Shown: positions 52,048 to 63,838 of the stretch, piece after piece
How positions within the stretch are numbered: the stretch's first letter is position 1
Layout: each line of letters begins with the position of its first letter
Origin: Octopus sinensis
Taxonomy: Eukaryota
DNA length: 64,000 nucleotides
Direction: 5' to 3'
Assembly: GCF_006345805.1 (NCBI RefSeq)
Contig: NC_043015.1
Location: forward strand, 16,182,001 to 16,246,000
Translations under genes and position numbers: made by a program
The notes under the pieces: model-generated
Told to the model about the DNA's origin: nothing
Databases searched by the model: none
What the model saw: only the letters and a program-made list of their open reading frames with translations

Positions 52048-52899
52048 TGTGTGTGTGTCACTGAAGCCATTCATACATATATACATAACCTCTCTCTCTC
52101 GCTTTTCCTCTGTCAATCACTCACTACAAAAAGTGAATAAAAAATTAGTTATCTTTCTCTCTCTTACATACACACACACACCAACACATTACTCTGTCTC
52201 TTCACAAACACTAACAAAAACACTTTGTCTCGCAAACTCCATCAAACACACAAATACACACGCGCGCACATACACACGCACACACATGTACACACACTCA
52301 CTCACACACACACATACATCAATTCTTCCGCTTCACGCCAACTTCAAAAGCACTTCGCTCATACAATCGCGCTCTCCTTCGCTTTCACGCCGACTTCAAA
52401 AGATTTTTTTTTTACGTATGGGCTTGCGGGAACTTTTGAAGTAATATACATACATATACACATACACCGAGTAAAAAATTTCAGTTATCTCTTTCTTTCA
52501 CACATTACTCTGTCTCTTCACACACACTAACAGGAGCACTTCACTTACACAACATACTTTCTGTCTCCCACACCCCTTTCTGTCTCCCACACCCCATCAA
52601 ACACACACACACACACACACATGTACATCAATGCTTCCCCTGGACGGTAACTTCAAAAGAACTTCCCTCGTCATACAATCGCTTTCTCTTAGCCTCTTTC
52701 GCTCTCATTACTTCAAAAGTTCCCGCAAGCCCATATGTAAAAAAAAATTTTTTTTACGGAAATCGACGGAAAGGTCTACTAGAGACGAAAGATTGCCAGA
52801 TAATTTATCTTATTAACAATTTTCTGTTAGCAAATGATTTTCTCTTACACAAACACGCAGCAATTTTGATTTAGAAGTATTTTAAAATTATTTGGAAAT

Positions 52900-54910
52900 T
52901 ATAAAGAGAAACGAATGGCAGAATCAGTGTCCATATTTTAAAACCAAAAAAAAAAAATTTTAATCGAAAAACAGTAGAAAGTTTTTGAATTGGGGTGAAG
53001 GCAGGGGAACTTTAAAAAACTATTTTATTGGATAATCGTATTCATTCCATTATGCAGAAGACAGAAACGAAAAAATTGGGAAAATTCTTAAAATAAAAAA
53101 ACATTTTTATTTTGTAATTTTGGAAAAAAATGTGGGGCACAAGTATCACTTCCGACATGCTAGAAACAACAGTTAAATGGCACGACTGCTGAAAAAGCTT
53201 CCTGGGTGTAATTGAGCGTATATAAAAACCTGATCTTCGATATAAACTTAAAAAGGAAGCTTCTCAGAAATCGTGTCGCATCGCTGTTGTTTCTAGCATT
53301 TCGGAGGTGATACGTGCGCCCCCACTTTTTTTTCCAAAATTTCTTCGGATTCCTTTTATCGATATAGGAGATTAGGATTTTAACGCCCCAAAACACGTTT
53401 TGAAAATTATAATTTCCACTTCCCCACCCCAATTTTTAAATTTTTAATTTTTTTCGAAATTTTTTTCTTTTCTTTTTGTAATCCACGTACAAAAAAATAC
53501 AGAGATTACGAATCTTTAAGATTTAAAAAAAAAATTTTCTTAAAGTAACACTCAAATTCCCTTCCCCAACCTCCGCCTATCACGGCAAGACTTACTTTTG
53601 TTTTCCAAAAAAAAACACCCCCTTTTTTTTTTTGTTTTTCTTTCTACACAAACCCCCGTTTTCGGCTGCGGAGAATACGAATCTGCAAAAAAATTGGCAA
53701 AAATCGGTATTTTGAAATTACCCCCTCTAATTTCTTCATTTAAAAATTTTTTCAGGTTTTTTTTTTTTAAATGTGCAGAATAATACGGAGATTATGATTC
53801 TGAAAAGAAACTTCCCAAAACTTTTGTAGTTACGGTTAGTGTTTAAGGGTTAAGATTAGGGTTACGGAAAAAGTGAAAAATGAAGAAATTGGAGGGAGGG
53901 GGAGAAATTTTCCAAATGCCGATTTTCGGCAATTTTCCGGAATCTCGGTATCCGAAAAAAAAAAAAGAAAATGGGGGAACGGGAGGAAGTCTTTCTTTCA
54001 ACGGCAAATCGAGAAATTAATTTTTCATAACTAAACACTTTTAAACTTCAGACACTGGTAGAATGTGTCATATAAAACATCTTTTACTCTTAGTGTTGCT
54101 GAGAAAAGTTTATATTTTCAAAGTTATTTCATGTTAAAGTTGTCTTTTCCCTTTCAACGGCAGATTGAGAAATTCATTTTTTGTAACTGAACATTTTAAA
54201 ACTTCAGATACTGGTAGAATGTGTCATATAAAGTATCTTTTACTCTTAGTGTTGTTGAGAAAAGTTTATATTTTTAAAGTTATTTCGTGTTAAAGTTGTC
54301 GTATTTCGGTAATTTCAACCAATCAATGATGTGTATTCAGCCGACTAAAATTACTATCGTTGTTTGTCAACAACTATCGGCGGTGTATACTGTAAATCTT
54401 CGAGTATAATCCGGAAGTTGTTGACAAACAACATCAGTAATTTTAGTCAGCTGAATACACGTCATTGATTGGTTGAAATTGAATGTTTCGCTTTTAGTTT
54501 TTTTGAGAGCGGGCAAGTTTTTTCAGAAATAATGTCGTTTAGCTGTTGTTTCTAGCATGTCGGGTTTTCTGGTGGTGGTCGGATATTTTTGACGTCTGCT
54601 ATTTCAGTAGAATTCTACGCATGTGTAAACATCAAATAAAAGTGAAACATTCGGTGTCACTAACTTCTTGAAAGCGGGGACGGGAGGAAACATGCATTGA
54701 ATGTTTCTTTTAAGAAGAATTAAAACTCAAAAAAAAAAAAAAATTCCCAAATTCGTAATGTCTGTATGTCGATTAAAGAAAATTTAATAAGTTGAAAATT
54801 AAGAAATTGGCGTGGGGAGCGGGAAAATTAAAATTTTGGAAAACGTGATTTTGGGGGCAAAATCGTATTCTCCTATATCGAAAACAGAAATCCGAAGAAA
54901 TTTTGTGAGG
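52900..54910. repeat. Nested MITE-like complex with inverted segments and duplicated arms related to the 39123 foldback
   Basis: 53330-53540 is inverted against 54750-54905. There are recurrent gctgttgtttctagc motifs, tandem arms at 53985-54300 and a palindrome at 54310-54480. Confidence 0.55.
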
Positions 54911-55611
54911 TATACTGGGTCATATTTGACAGATTTTCATTTTCTGCCAACACCAAACCAGAAAGTAGAATGTCGCAGCCAATTGCTCCACCAGTCCTGT
55001 TAATATGAGCGTCGTATTCATCCTGGTGACTACTTTTTAACCTTTTCACCTGTCACAAATGCTCATAAAGATATGATGTAAATAAATCATCGCTATTCCC
55101 AAATTGTTGCCTAATTTTATTATTGGCGAGCATCCATCACCCTCCTATAGTCGGTATGTGGGTGCTATCGTTTGGGTCAACAAAATTAAATGAACGGTTG
55201 ACAACTTACGAGTATAGAAGTTGCCGAAACCTGCATAGGAAACCCACCCATCGAATATCAAACGTACTTCGTGACATTTTGGTATATCACTATCATTATA
55301 TATACCGTATTTGATGGCCTGTATGACGCACGAGTGCATAGGACACACCCTAGACTAGGCTATACTTTTGTAAAATAAATTACCACTAAAATAATGTTTT
55401 AATTCCTCCACTTAACTGTATAACTTTATGCTATTATCGTAGGCGAGGCTACTCGACTACGTCTACATGACCTCTGATGTATAATTTCGGTCAACAGTCA
55501 CGAGTTTTGAGCCTTCTTTGAGTGCATTGGACTCGGGTATTTTAAAAACCATTTGGGGATTAAAAAAAAAAATTAAAAAGTGTGTCTTAGGCCATCAAAT
55601 ACGATACTTTC

Positions 55612-55730
55612 ATTTTGAGGTCGACTTTGCCTTCGTCCTTTCGGGGTCGATAAATTAAGTACTGGAGTCGATCTAATCGACTGGACCCCTCCCCCAAAAT
55701 TTCGGGCCTTGTGCCTAGAATAGAAGTATA
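55612..55730 (+). mobile_element. SINE core fragment
   Basis: gaggtcgactttgccttc.tcctttcggggtcgataaattaagtac, as in 1585-1766. Confidence 0.65.
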
Positions 55731-56920
55731 CTTTCATTTTTTGAGGACAATTTACTTTTGAATGTTTTAAGACGATAAACTGCATGTTAACCTATACATG
55801 TACAGATATATGTATATATATGATTAAGCATATTCCACATAACTTTCAGAAAAAATTGGATACTTTTTTAATGAAAGATTCTACAAGTTTCTTTCACATG
55901 GTATACATTATAATTATACCGGAATTTAGAATGAAAAGAAAAAAGTGGCGAGCATAGACACAAACACTTCAAAGTTATAATGTGTGTATATTTGTGTGTG
56001 CGCCCATTATTTATTTATTTATTTATTCATATTAAATTCCGGTATAGTTGTAACAATCAACACACTCTGAAAAGTATTTGTTGAAAATTTCGTTAAAAAG
56101 TATTTGTTTTTCTTTAGGTTATAGGGAAACAAACCGACTCGTGTGAACGTTGGCTTTCCAATATAATGGTAATCGTTATGTACACAATTTGAAGCGTATC
56201 TGTAGAGAATTTCATTTAAAATATCCACTTTTCTTAAAGTTATAAGGAATAAGTTCCCATAGTAGCAATTCGTAATTCGTTCCCAGAAAAATATTTTATC
56301 TATAAAATTTATAATACTCTAAGAAATGGCAATATGACAACAGTAGAATATAGAGAATATCTTATGTAAAGTAAAAAGAATGTCAAGATCATTTATAATA
56401 AAAAAAATATTATCATACTCGTTATCTGAATCACTTTCACTCACATTAGCCTCGCGCACACCATCACTTGAAGACGCGATAGTCGTTTCACAAGCATTCG
56501 TAGACGACTTGTAGACTTCTTTTAAAAAACAAGTCTATAGCTGTTTGCTTAGATGAAGCCTTTTTTTTTCCTCACTCTTTATAAATTTCGGTAATTTCTT
56601 GATGACACGCAAAATTTGGATCTTGAGATCGTAATCTTTGATATGGAAAACAAGAATCTGGAGAAATTTTTGCAAAAAAAAAAAAAAAAGATGGGTAGGG
56701 GTGTTTGCACCCGCCCAACAAGAAATTAATAAAAGATAGAAGAATGAATATAACACAAACCACGGATAATCTATATCAATAACATCATTTTGCTTAATGA
56801 TTCAATCTCATAAAATACAAGTTCCTTTTTTTTCATATCTTTAAATGAAGAAAAATGACACATAAAAGCGACAAAAGTAAAAAATGTACCCTCGGTAGTT
56901 TTACCTAAATAATGTACAAT

Positions 56921-57741
56921 GTTTCATTTCCACGAAAGTGAAACTAATGTCAACTCCGAGATCGCCATGAAAAAGAATCAGACGAAAAAATAAAACGCAT
57001 TTAACACTATACTGATGATTAACTATCATTCGTTTACCCGCCTCTTTTCTGAAATACAGCTTATTTCACTTAGTCCCCCATCAGTTACGTTCAACGTTCG
57101 AGATATCACCTATGTCTAATTATGAATGTATGTGTACATATATATGTTTATATGTTTTGCGAAAAATTGAGCAAGTTTCACTTTAGCCGATATCTACATA
57201 AATGTAATTTATTTTGGAGAACATAAACACGTCAATACTGATCGAAAAATTGATATCTAATACTTGTAATTCATCGCGTAAGATTGGTGCGAAATATCAT
57301 CTTTTACTCTGGTTGCAACAGTAACTTCAAAATGAAAACACTTGAAAACATTTCAAGAATCTATTTTTATGTTTAAATTTTTATATTGAATTTATCTAAA
57401 TTATGGCGATTTAACAATCTGGTAGTAATAGCTACGCGGTTTTGTTACTAAAAGAAAAGTGGAACAGTTACCTAGAAATTACTTTTAAAATATAAACTTC
57501 TAACAAAGGAAACAATCTCACAACTGTTGACAGATAAATGTCAATAAGTACAATAAATAATACTGAATGAATTATATCTAAGTAAAAAACGTTTTCTTAG
57601 ACCATTAACAAAAATTTGAATACCTGTAAATCCGCAGTTGGTGGACACATTCCAAAACGGCAGAATGACGAGGTCTATGGTTCTAAAGCGTGATAATGTT
57701 AAAAGTGAAAGTAAAGTTTCCCGGAACTGCCTTTCTCAGAA
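56921..57741. promoter_or_regulatory. Cluster of IRF-binding (ISRE/IRF-E) and STAT GAS motifs; candidate ZNFX1 promoter
   Basis: GTTTCATTTCC at 56921-56931 back-to-back with GAAAGTGAAACT at 56934-56945; AGTTTCACTTT at 57174-57184; AAAAGTGAAAGT at 57701-57712; TTCCCGGAA at 57718-57726 and TTCTCAGAA at 57733-57741. The surrounding DNA is not recognisably repetitive and retains CpG. Confidence 0.55.
57624..57690 (-). other. Candidate non-coding first exon of ZNFX1 (5' boundary is a guess)
   Basis: Minus-strand donor CAG|GTATTC at 57623, directly downstream of the IRF/GAS cluster. An alternative donor TAG|GTAACT lies near 57471. No transcript evidence is available. Confidence 0.3.
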
Positions 57742-57985
57742 TTTACATTCATTGGAGAATATATTATATGTCATCACACGTGATACGCCCATAATTGTAA
57801 GCTAAGAAGGTGTGTGTGCGTGCGTGTGTGTGTGTGAGTGTGTGTGTGTGTCTGTGTGTGTGAGTGTGTGTGTGTGGGTGTGTGTAGGAAGTGAAGGATA
57901 AAAATATGGCAAGAAGTGGACAGATGTACATATATACATACATACATCCATACATACATAGATGTATGTGTATTAATGTGTGTTA

Positions 57986-58373
57986 TCTCTCTCTATATAA
58001 AGCTGAAGTTGTCTGTGTGCGCCAGGTTTGGTAGCCTTCAACTAACACTATCTCCTCCGAGACCCTGTGGCGCAAGTTGACTAAAATTGAGAGTATAATA
58101 GAAGCGTTACTCTTCCTTCCGTAGAAGATAAAATTCAAATCGGACCATGTTAACAGCAAAAATTATTTACATAAAAAAGGTGCTTTTTTCTATGAAAATC
58201 CCTATTTTTTACGATTTTTTCACTGCTGTGTCGCCACTTTTCAGTGTATTTCAACCAGAAAAATGTTCACTTGAAGAGAATAACAAGCTACATAATGCAA
58301 AATTTTTACTTTTCAAAAATTCCAATTCCAGCGGGTCGAAACAAACCTGAGCAACGCTGGGCGATACTGCTAG
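57986..58373 (+). mobile_element. Non-autonomous Helitron with a different body but the same 3' end
   Basis: A|TCTCTCTCTATATAAAG 5' end; acaaacctgagcaacgctgggcgatactgCTAG|T 3' end. Confidence 0.8.
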
Positions 58374-58452
58374 TATATATATATGAATATATATATACAT
58401 ACACACATATATATATGTATGTATGCATTTATGTGTGTATATATATATACAT

Positions 58453-59568
58453 ATAATAATAATAAACATTGTGTACAGTGCTCAGGTGCACTACAACTCA
58501 TCTAAAGTGCATATATAATCAGGTGTAGTTTCGACAGATTTCGGAAAGCATGAGGGCCTTAAAGGATGCAGTGTCATGGCAGTCAACAACTGACGCAGGC
58601 AGTTTATTCCATGCTTCAGCAACTCTAAGCATGAAGAAATGTTTCCGAAAGTCATGGGAGCTGTGTAGTTTTTTGACTTTGTAGGCATGTCCACGTGTGT
58701 TAGACACATGGAGATCAAAAAGGTGTTCAGTGTTGTTATTGGTGAGGTGGTTGACAACTTTGTGGGCGTTTACCAAGTCCGTCGCCAGACACCGGAGCTT
58801 CAGTGAATCCATGCCCAGGGAAACAAGGCGCTCAGAATATGGTAGGTGTCTGATGGAGGGTATGCGTTTGGTTGCACGTCTCTGAACAGATTCCAGGAGG
58901 TCAATGTTCTGAGCAAGATAGGGGTTCCAAACTGATGATGCAAATTCCAAGTGTGGTCGTACCATAGCTGTATACAGTTTTAAATAGATGGCTGGAGAGC
59001 GGCTAACAAAAGTCTTGCTGAGTGATGCCAAGACACCCTCGGCCTTCTTGACAATTTTAGAGATATGCTTTGTCCAACGCAAATCACTGCTGACAGTGAT
59101 GCCTAGGTCACGCTCGCATAAGGATTTCTTGATATTAGTGTTGTGGAGGGAGTATGTGAACACAGGGTTTTTTCTCCCAAAATGCATGGTGGTACACTTG
59201 TCCACAGCCAGTTTCCGTTGCCAGTCTGTGATCCATTGCTGCATTGTGTCCAGGTCTGATTGCAGGAAAGAGCTGTAGACAACAGGATCTGTCCTCTTGA
59301 TTTCAAGGTACAGCTTGATGTCATCTGCATATTTTAATACTGTGGCATTCTTTAAATTTGCATCTATGTCATTAATGTATGCCACAAACAAGAGGGGACC
59401 AAGGACAGATCCCTGTGGTACACCCGATGACATCTCATATGGTGTAGAATGCTGTCCTAGAACTGTGACTACCTCCTTTCGGCTGAGAATGAAGGATTTC
59501 AACCAGTTAAAAAGGTCATCCCTCACACCCATTGCAGAGAGTTTTACCATAAGCCTTTTGTGTGGCAT
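58453..59568 (-). mobile_element. 5'-truncated CR1/L2-group LINE with an open RT frame
   Basis: Stop-free frame from PHKRL through SGVPQGSVLGPLLF, YADD, RPHLEFASSVWNP and WNKLP to the stop at 58519, then a short 3' UTR and a (TTA)n tail. Confidence 0.92.
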
Positions 59569-59880
59569 ATATATATATGTATATATATACACACACACAC
59601 ATATATGTGTATATATGCATTTATGTGTGTATATATATACATATATTTACATATGCATTTATGTGTGTATATATATATACATATATATATGTATATATAT
59701 ACACACACACACATATATATGTGTATATATGCATTTATGTGTGTATGTATATATATATGTGTGTATATGTGTACATATGTATACATATACATATATTCAC
59801 ACATACAAACATGCATATAAAAGATAATAGGTGTGTGTGTGTATGTATGCGTGCGTGTGAGTGTGTATGTATGTATAATT
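59569..59880. repeat. Compound (TA)/(CA)/(TG) microsatellite-minisatellite
   Basis: Seen directly. Confidence 0.9.
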
Positions 59881-61039
59881 AAATAATTAAAAATACATTT
59901 GAAAAAATACACGTGTATTTTTTCAAATATATTTCATATTGAAAGGAATGAGAGATAAAAAGGGAGAGCTTGTTCTCAATGGAACACGGAGAGGGAGAAC
60001 TCTGTCATTGTACCAGCACCAGAGGTGTGTACTTTGCATACAGTAAATGTGAATGAAGAGAATGAATTCTCAGTAAACCAAGGTGTGTAGCAAAAGGAGG
60101 AGAATTGCAGAGAGACCAGAAATGGTTTGTCATCGTCATGGTCGTGATCATTGCCACCACCACCACCATTGTCATTATCTTTGGTATCATTTCATTGTCC
60201 TCATTGTCATTGTTAACATTGTCGTCATCATAGTTGTTATTGAGGACATTAGTGCAAAAGATTTCTATTATAACAATGACATAATTGTTGAGATGTGTCA
60301 TAATTATGACTTCATGGTTCAAAGTTGATGTTTCTATCATTCCAGAAAAGAGCCATTGAACTGATTGATATAAAGTCACTCATAGACATTCTCTAGCCTC
60401 TAGCCACAGCTATGCGGTCTCCTTTCTCAACTTTTTCTACGGCAACTATAATGGCCTCTGCTTCATTGATCTAACATGATTCATCACCCCACCACTCAGG
60501 CATTCTTGACCTATTCATCTCTCCTTCTCTTAACATTCATGTTTTCAGCCCCACTAAACCTTTTACTAATCACTAAGCAGAATATTAGCTATCAGCAATT
60601 CTCTCCTTTCTCATGTCTTTACCCACAGTTATTAACTTACAGAGATTCAAGACAAACACTAAGGAATACTAAAGGGCATCTCTCACTGATTTAAGAGGGA
60701 CTGCAAAGGTCAAAGGCACTGTCCCTTTCTCCAGACCCAACAAGTCAATAAACATCACCATGATGTCATAATTATTAGTGTATGATTTCCATTAAAAATG
60801 TTATATGATAGTAGGCAATAGGAAGTTGTCTTTACAGCATGAAATTTGCAGTATAGCTTTCCCTCCATACTGATATTTATCATCAACCACAACACAAGCT
60901 ACTCTTACCCATCCTTTAATAATATAGGGCAGCTATGTATCTACTTTATAGCAGAACACCCATGCCCATCCTTCTACCATACTTTAGCTTCTCATCATCA
61001 ATTTTAAACCATCTTCCTCTCAGTTGAGGGAGCTTTTTC

Positions 61040-61310
61040 TTTGTTTTGTGTCATGAAAAAAAAAAGCTCTCAGTACTCTCTGTAAAGTGATTGGCTTTAA
61101 GAATGGTATCTAGCCATAGAAACTGTGCCAAAGCAGACATTGGAACTCAGTGCAGACTTCCAGTTTGTGAGAACTGATCAAAACCATCCAACTCACACCA
61201 GCATGGAAGACAGATATTAAATTATAACAATGACTGTAGTTAGCATTAGGGAGGGCATTCAGTCATAGAAACCATGCCACAACAGACAAGTGTAGTCTGG
61301 GCAGCTCCCT
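61040..61310 (+). mobile_element. RTE-type 3' tail fragments (two partial copies)
   Basis: agccatagaaac..ccagcatggaagacagatattaaat; ggagggcattcagtcatagaaaccatgcc. Confidence 0.55.
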
Positions 61311-62327
61311 GCACGCCAGCTCTATGTCAAACAGTTTGTTCTCGATGGAACATGAAGTGAGTGCTCTCTGTCATTGTACCAGCACCAGAGGCGTGTACTT
61401 TGTATACGGTAAATGTGAATGCAAAGAATACTCAGTAAACCATGGTGTGTAGACAACAGAGTGAAATTGTAGTGTGTAATGACAGCAGAGAGACCAGAAA
61501 TAGTTTCTTGATCTGTGCTGGTATCTCTTAAATGATGATAAATCTTCTTGTACACAAAATAATAACTTTATTCTTAAAATGTTCTGGTATATTTGAATAT
61601 TGAATGTACTAATCGATTACCATTTGGTAATTATGATACTTCTACAATTGAAAATAATTTTAATAAATAAGGAATTTATGTATTATGGTATTTGATATTT
61701 GTCTTTTGTCTACATTGTTCATATAAATGCCAGCACCAGGCAGAGGTGGTTTCCAGCAGTAACAACAGCAATGACAGCAGTAACAGAACCGTAAGAATAA
61801 AAAAATGGAAATATGTCAGTGGAACAGGATACTCCTTCAAGACCAGAGTTAGTTACCACAAGTCATCTCTTACAATCTCAGTGTTGTGATGAGAGTCAAG
61901 ATACCCTCTTGTGAGGAATGGTCTGAACCGAGAGAGTATATATGGTTTGTAGAAGTTCATGTTATTTCGTAGTGAAGTTGCAAAGTATCGGTTGGTTTGT
62001 TCATTTGGAATATTTATTGTTGGATTTTAACGTTCTTATTGCTGCTGTATTATCTTGTTATTGTATCAAACTGGTACTGTGTATCGTGTATTTTTAACCA
62101 TATATCACCCAGATGATTTAGTAAATATATAAATGATTCCCCTAATTAAACAGATACATGAAATATTATATACTTTTTGTAATAAATTTGTAATAACTTA
62201 TCTTTCATAGGCATTATATTAGAACAATATCACCTTCGTAATTTCGCTTTAACCTAAAATTCTGATATGTATATATATGTATACGTACATATGTGTATGT
62301 GTATGTATATATATATATGTATATACT

Positions 62328-62522
62328 CTTTACTCTTTTACTTGTTTCAGTCATTTGACTGCGGCCATGCTGGAGCACCGCCTTTAGTCGAGCAAATCGA
62401 CCCCGGGACTTATTCTTTGTAAGCCCAGTACTTATTCTATCGGTCTCTTTTGCCGAACAGCTAAGTGACGGGGATGTAAACACACCAGCATCAGTCAAGC
62501 AATGCTAGGGAGCCAAACACAG

Positions 62523-62553
<31 letters not shown>

Positions 62554-62729
62554 CATACATATATACGACAGGCTTCTTTCAGTTTCCGTCTACCAAATCC
62601 ACTCACAAGGCATTGGTCAGCCCGGGGCTATAGCAGAAGACACTTGCGCAAGATGCCACGCAGTGGGACTGAACCCGGAACCATGTGGTTGGTAAGCAAG
62701 CTACTTACCACACAGCCACTCCTGCGCCT
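62328..62729 (-). mobile_element. SINE family A, full length, little CpG decay
   Basis: Reverse complement reads aggcgcaggagtggctgtgtggtaagtagc..ccgggttcagtccc..gaaacaagtaaaagagtaaagagta. Confidence 0.9.
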
Positions 62730-62750
62730 ATGTGCGTTTGTATGTGTATA

Positions 62751-62804
<54 letters not shown>

Positions 62805-62805
62805 T

Positions 62806-62838
<33 letters not shown>

Positions 62839-63239
62839 AAACTGAAATGCGATTTTAGCGCTTGGATCGCTTTCAATGCCACTACATCCCGTCCGATTCG
62901 CTCCAAAATTTACAGGGACATGTAGAATGAGGTGACGATGCTCGTGGGCTACCTTAGAAATCCCTAGCTTAAAAGGTGTGGTTGCCAGGGGCCATCTTCC
63001 TCACTCACGCTATTTCCTCCTTTCCCTCTCTTACTCCCCTTCATGAATAACTTTGAGAAGTCCACTCCCGTTATTTAATGTATTCCCCCCAACTCCCTTT
63101 CACTTTCCCTTTATAAGTTCGTCAGGCGGCTTTCTTTGATGTATCTGTTTGCATTCATAGGGAGAATTATCATCGCTACCAAACAACACACAATCATGAG
63201 AACAAATATTATGAATCAGATATTCTTGCGTTCATTTAT

Positions 63240-63440
63240 ATGTGTGTGTGTGTGCGTGTGTTCTATATATAAATATGTATATATAATGTATGTGTGTGTG
63301 TGAGTGTGTTCTATATATAAATATGTATATATAACGTATGTGTGTGTGTTTGTGTGCGTTCTATATATAAATATGTATATATAATGTATGTGTGTGTTCT
63401 ATATATAAATATGTATATATAATGTATATATACAAAGTGT
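63240..63440. repeat. Minisatellite of ~4 units, (TG)n-ttctatatataaatatgtatatataatgta
   Basis: Seen directly. Confidence 0.85.
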
Positions 63441-63714
63441 ATATATCTTTATTTATGTATATTAAACTTTTTCATACTTTTTCATAGTTATATATATTTT
63501 TAAACAAATTATAAATATAATTTAATAATTTTTATTTTCAATTTAAATAATTTAAATTTTTCAATTTTATATTTTATATATTTTCTATATCATATATTTT
63601 TTTTAATGTTTTTGTTTTGTGGTTTTCACTGTTTGATTTGCCTATTAGTGGTTTTATCTCTAATTAATTTATACAGAATATATCTCATTTGTATACATTT
63701 GTATATATAATGCG

Positions 63715-63717
63715 TGG

Positions 63718-63752
<35 letters not shown>

Positions 63753-63759
63753 TATATAT

Positions 63760-63826
<67 letters not shown>

Positions 63827-63838
63827 TATATATATAAT
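63715..63838. repeat. (CA)n/(TA)n microsatellite
   Basis: Seen directly. Confidence 0.9.

Larger units (their letters stand above)
49405..52797. mobile_element. Pair of ~340-bp near-identical inverted repeats enclosing nested insertions
   Basis: 49405-49740 is the reverse complement of ~52440-52797. Confidence 0.75.

Noticed and set aside
55000-56600. snoRNA or lncRNA analogous to vertebrate ZFAS1/SNORD12 head-to-head with ZNFX1
   Set aside because: No convincing C/D box pair with a terminal stem could be identified by eye.
60005-60379. His/Asp-rich ORFs on both strands
   Set aside because: Degenerate (CAT/GAT)n-like low-complexity sequence.
62830-63060. Possible fourth Helitron starting at tatataaaactgaaatgcg
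   Set aside because: The start is Helitron-like, but no 3' hairpin-CTAG end was found.
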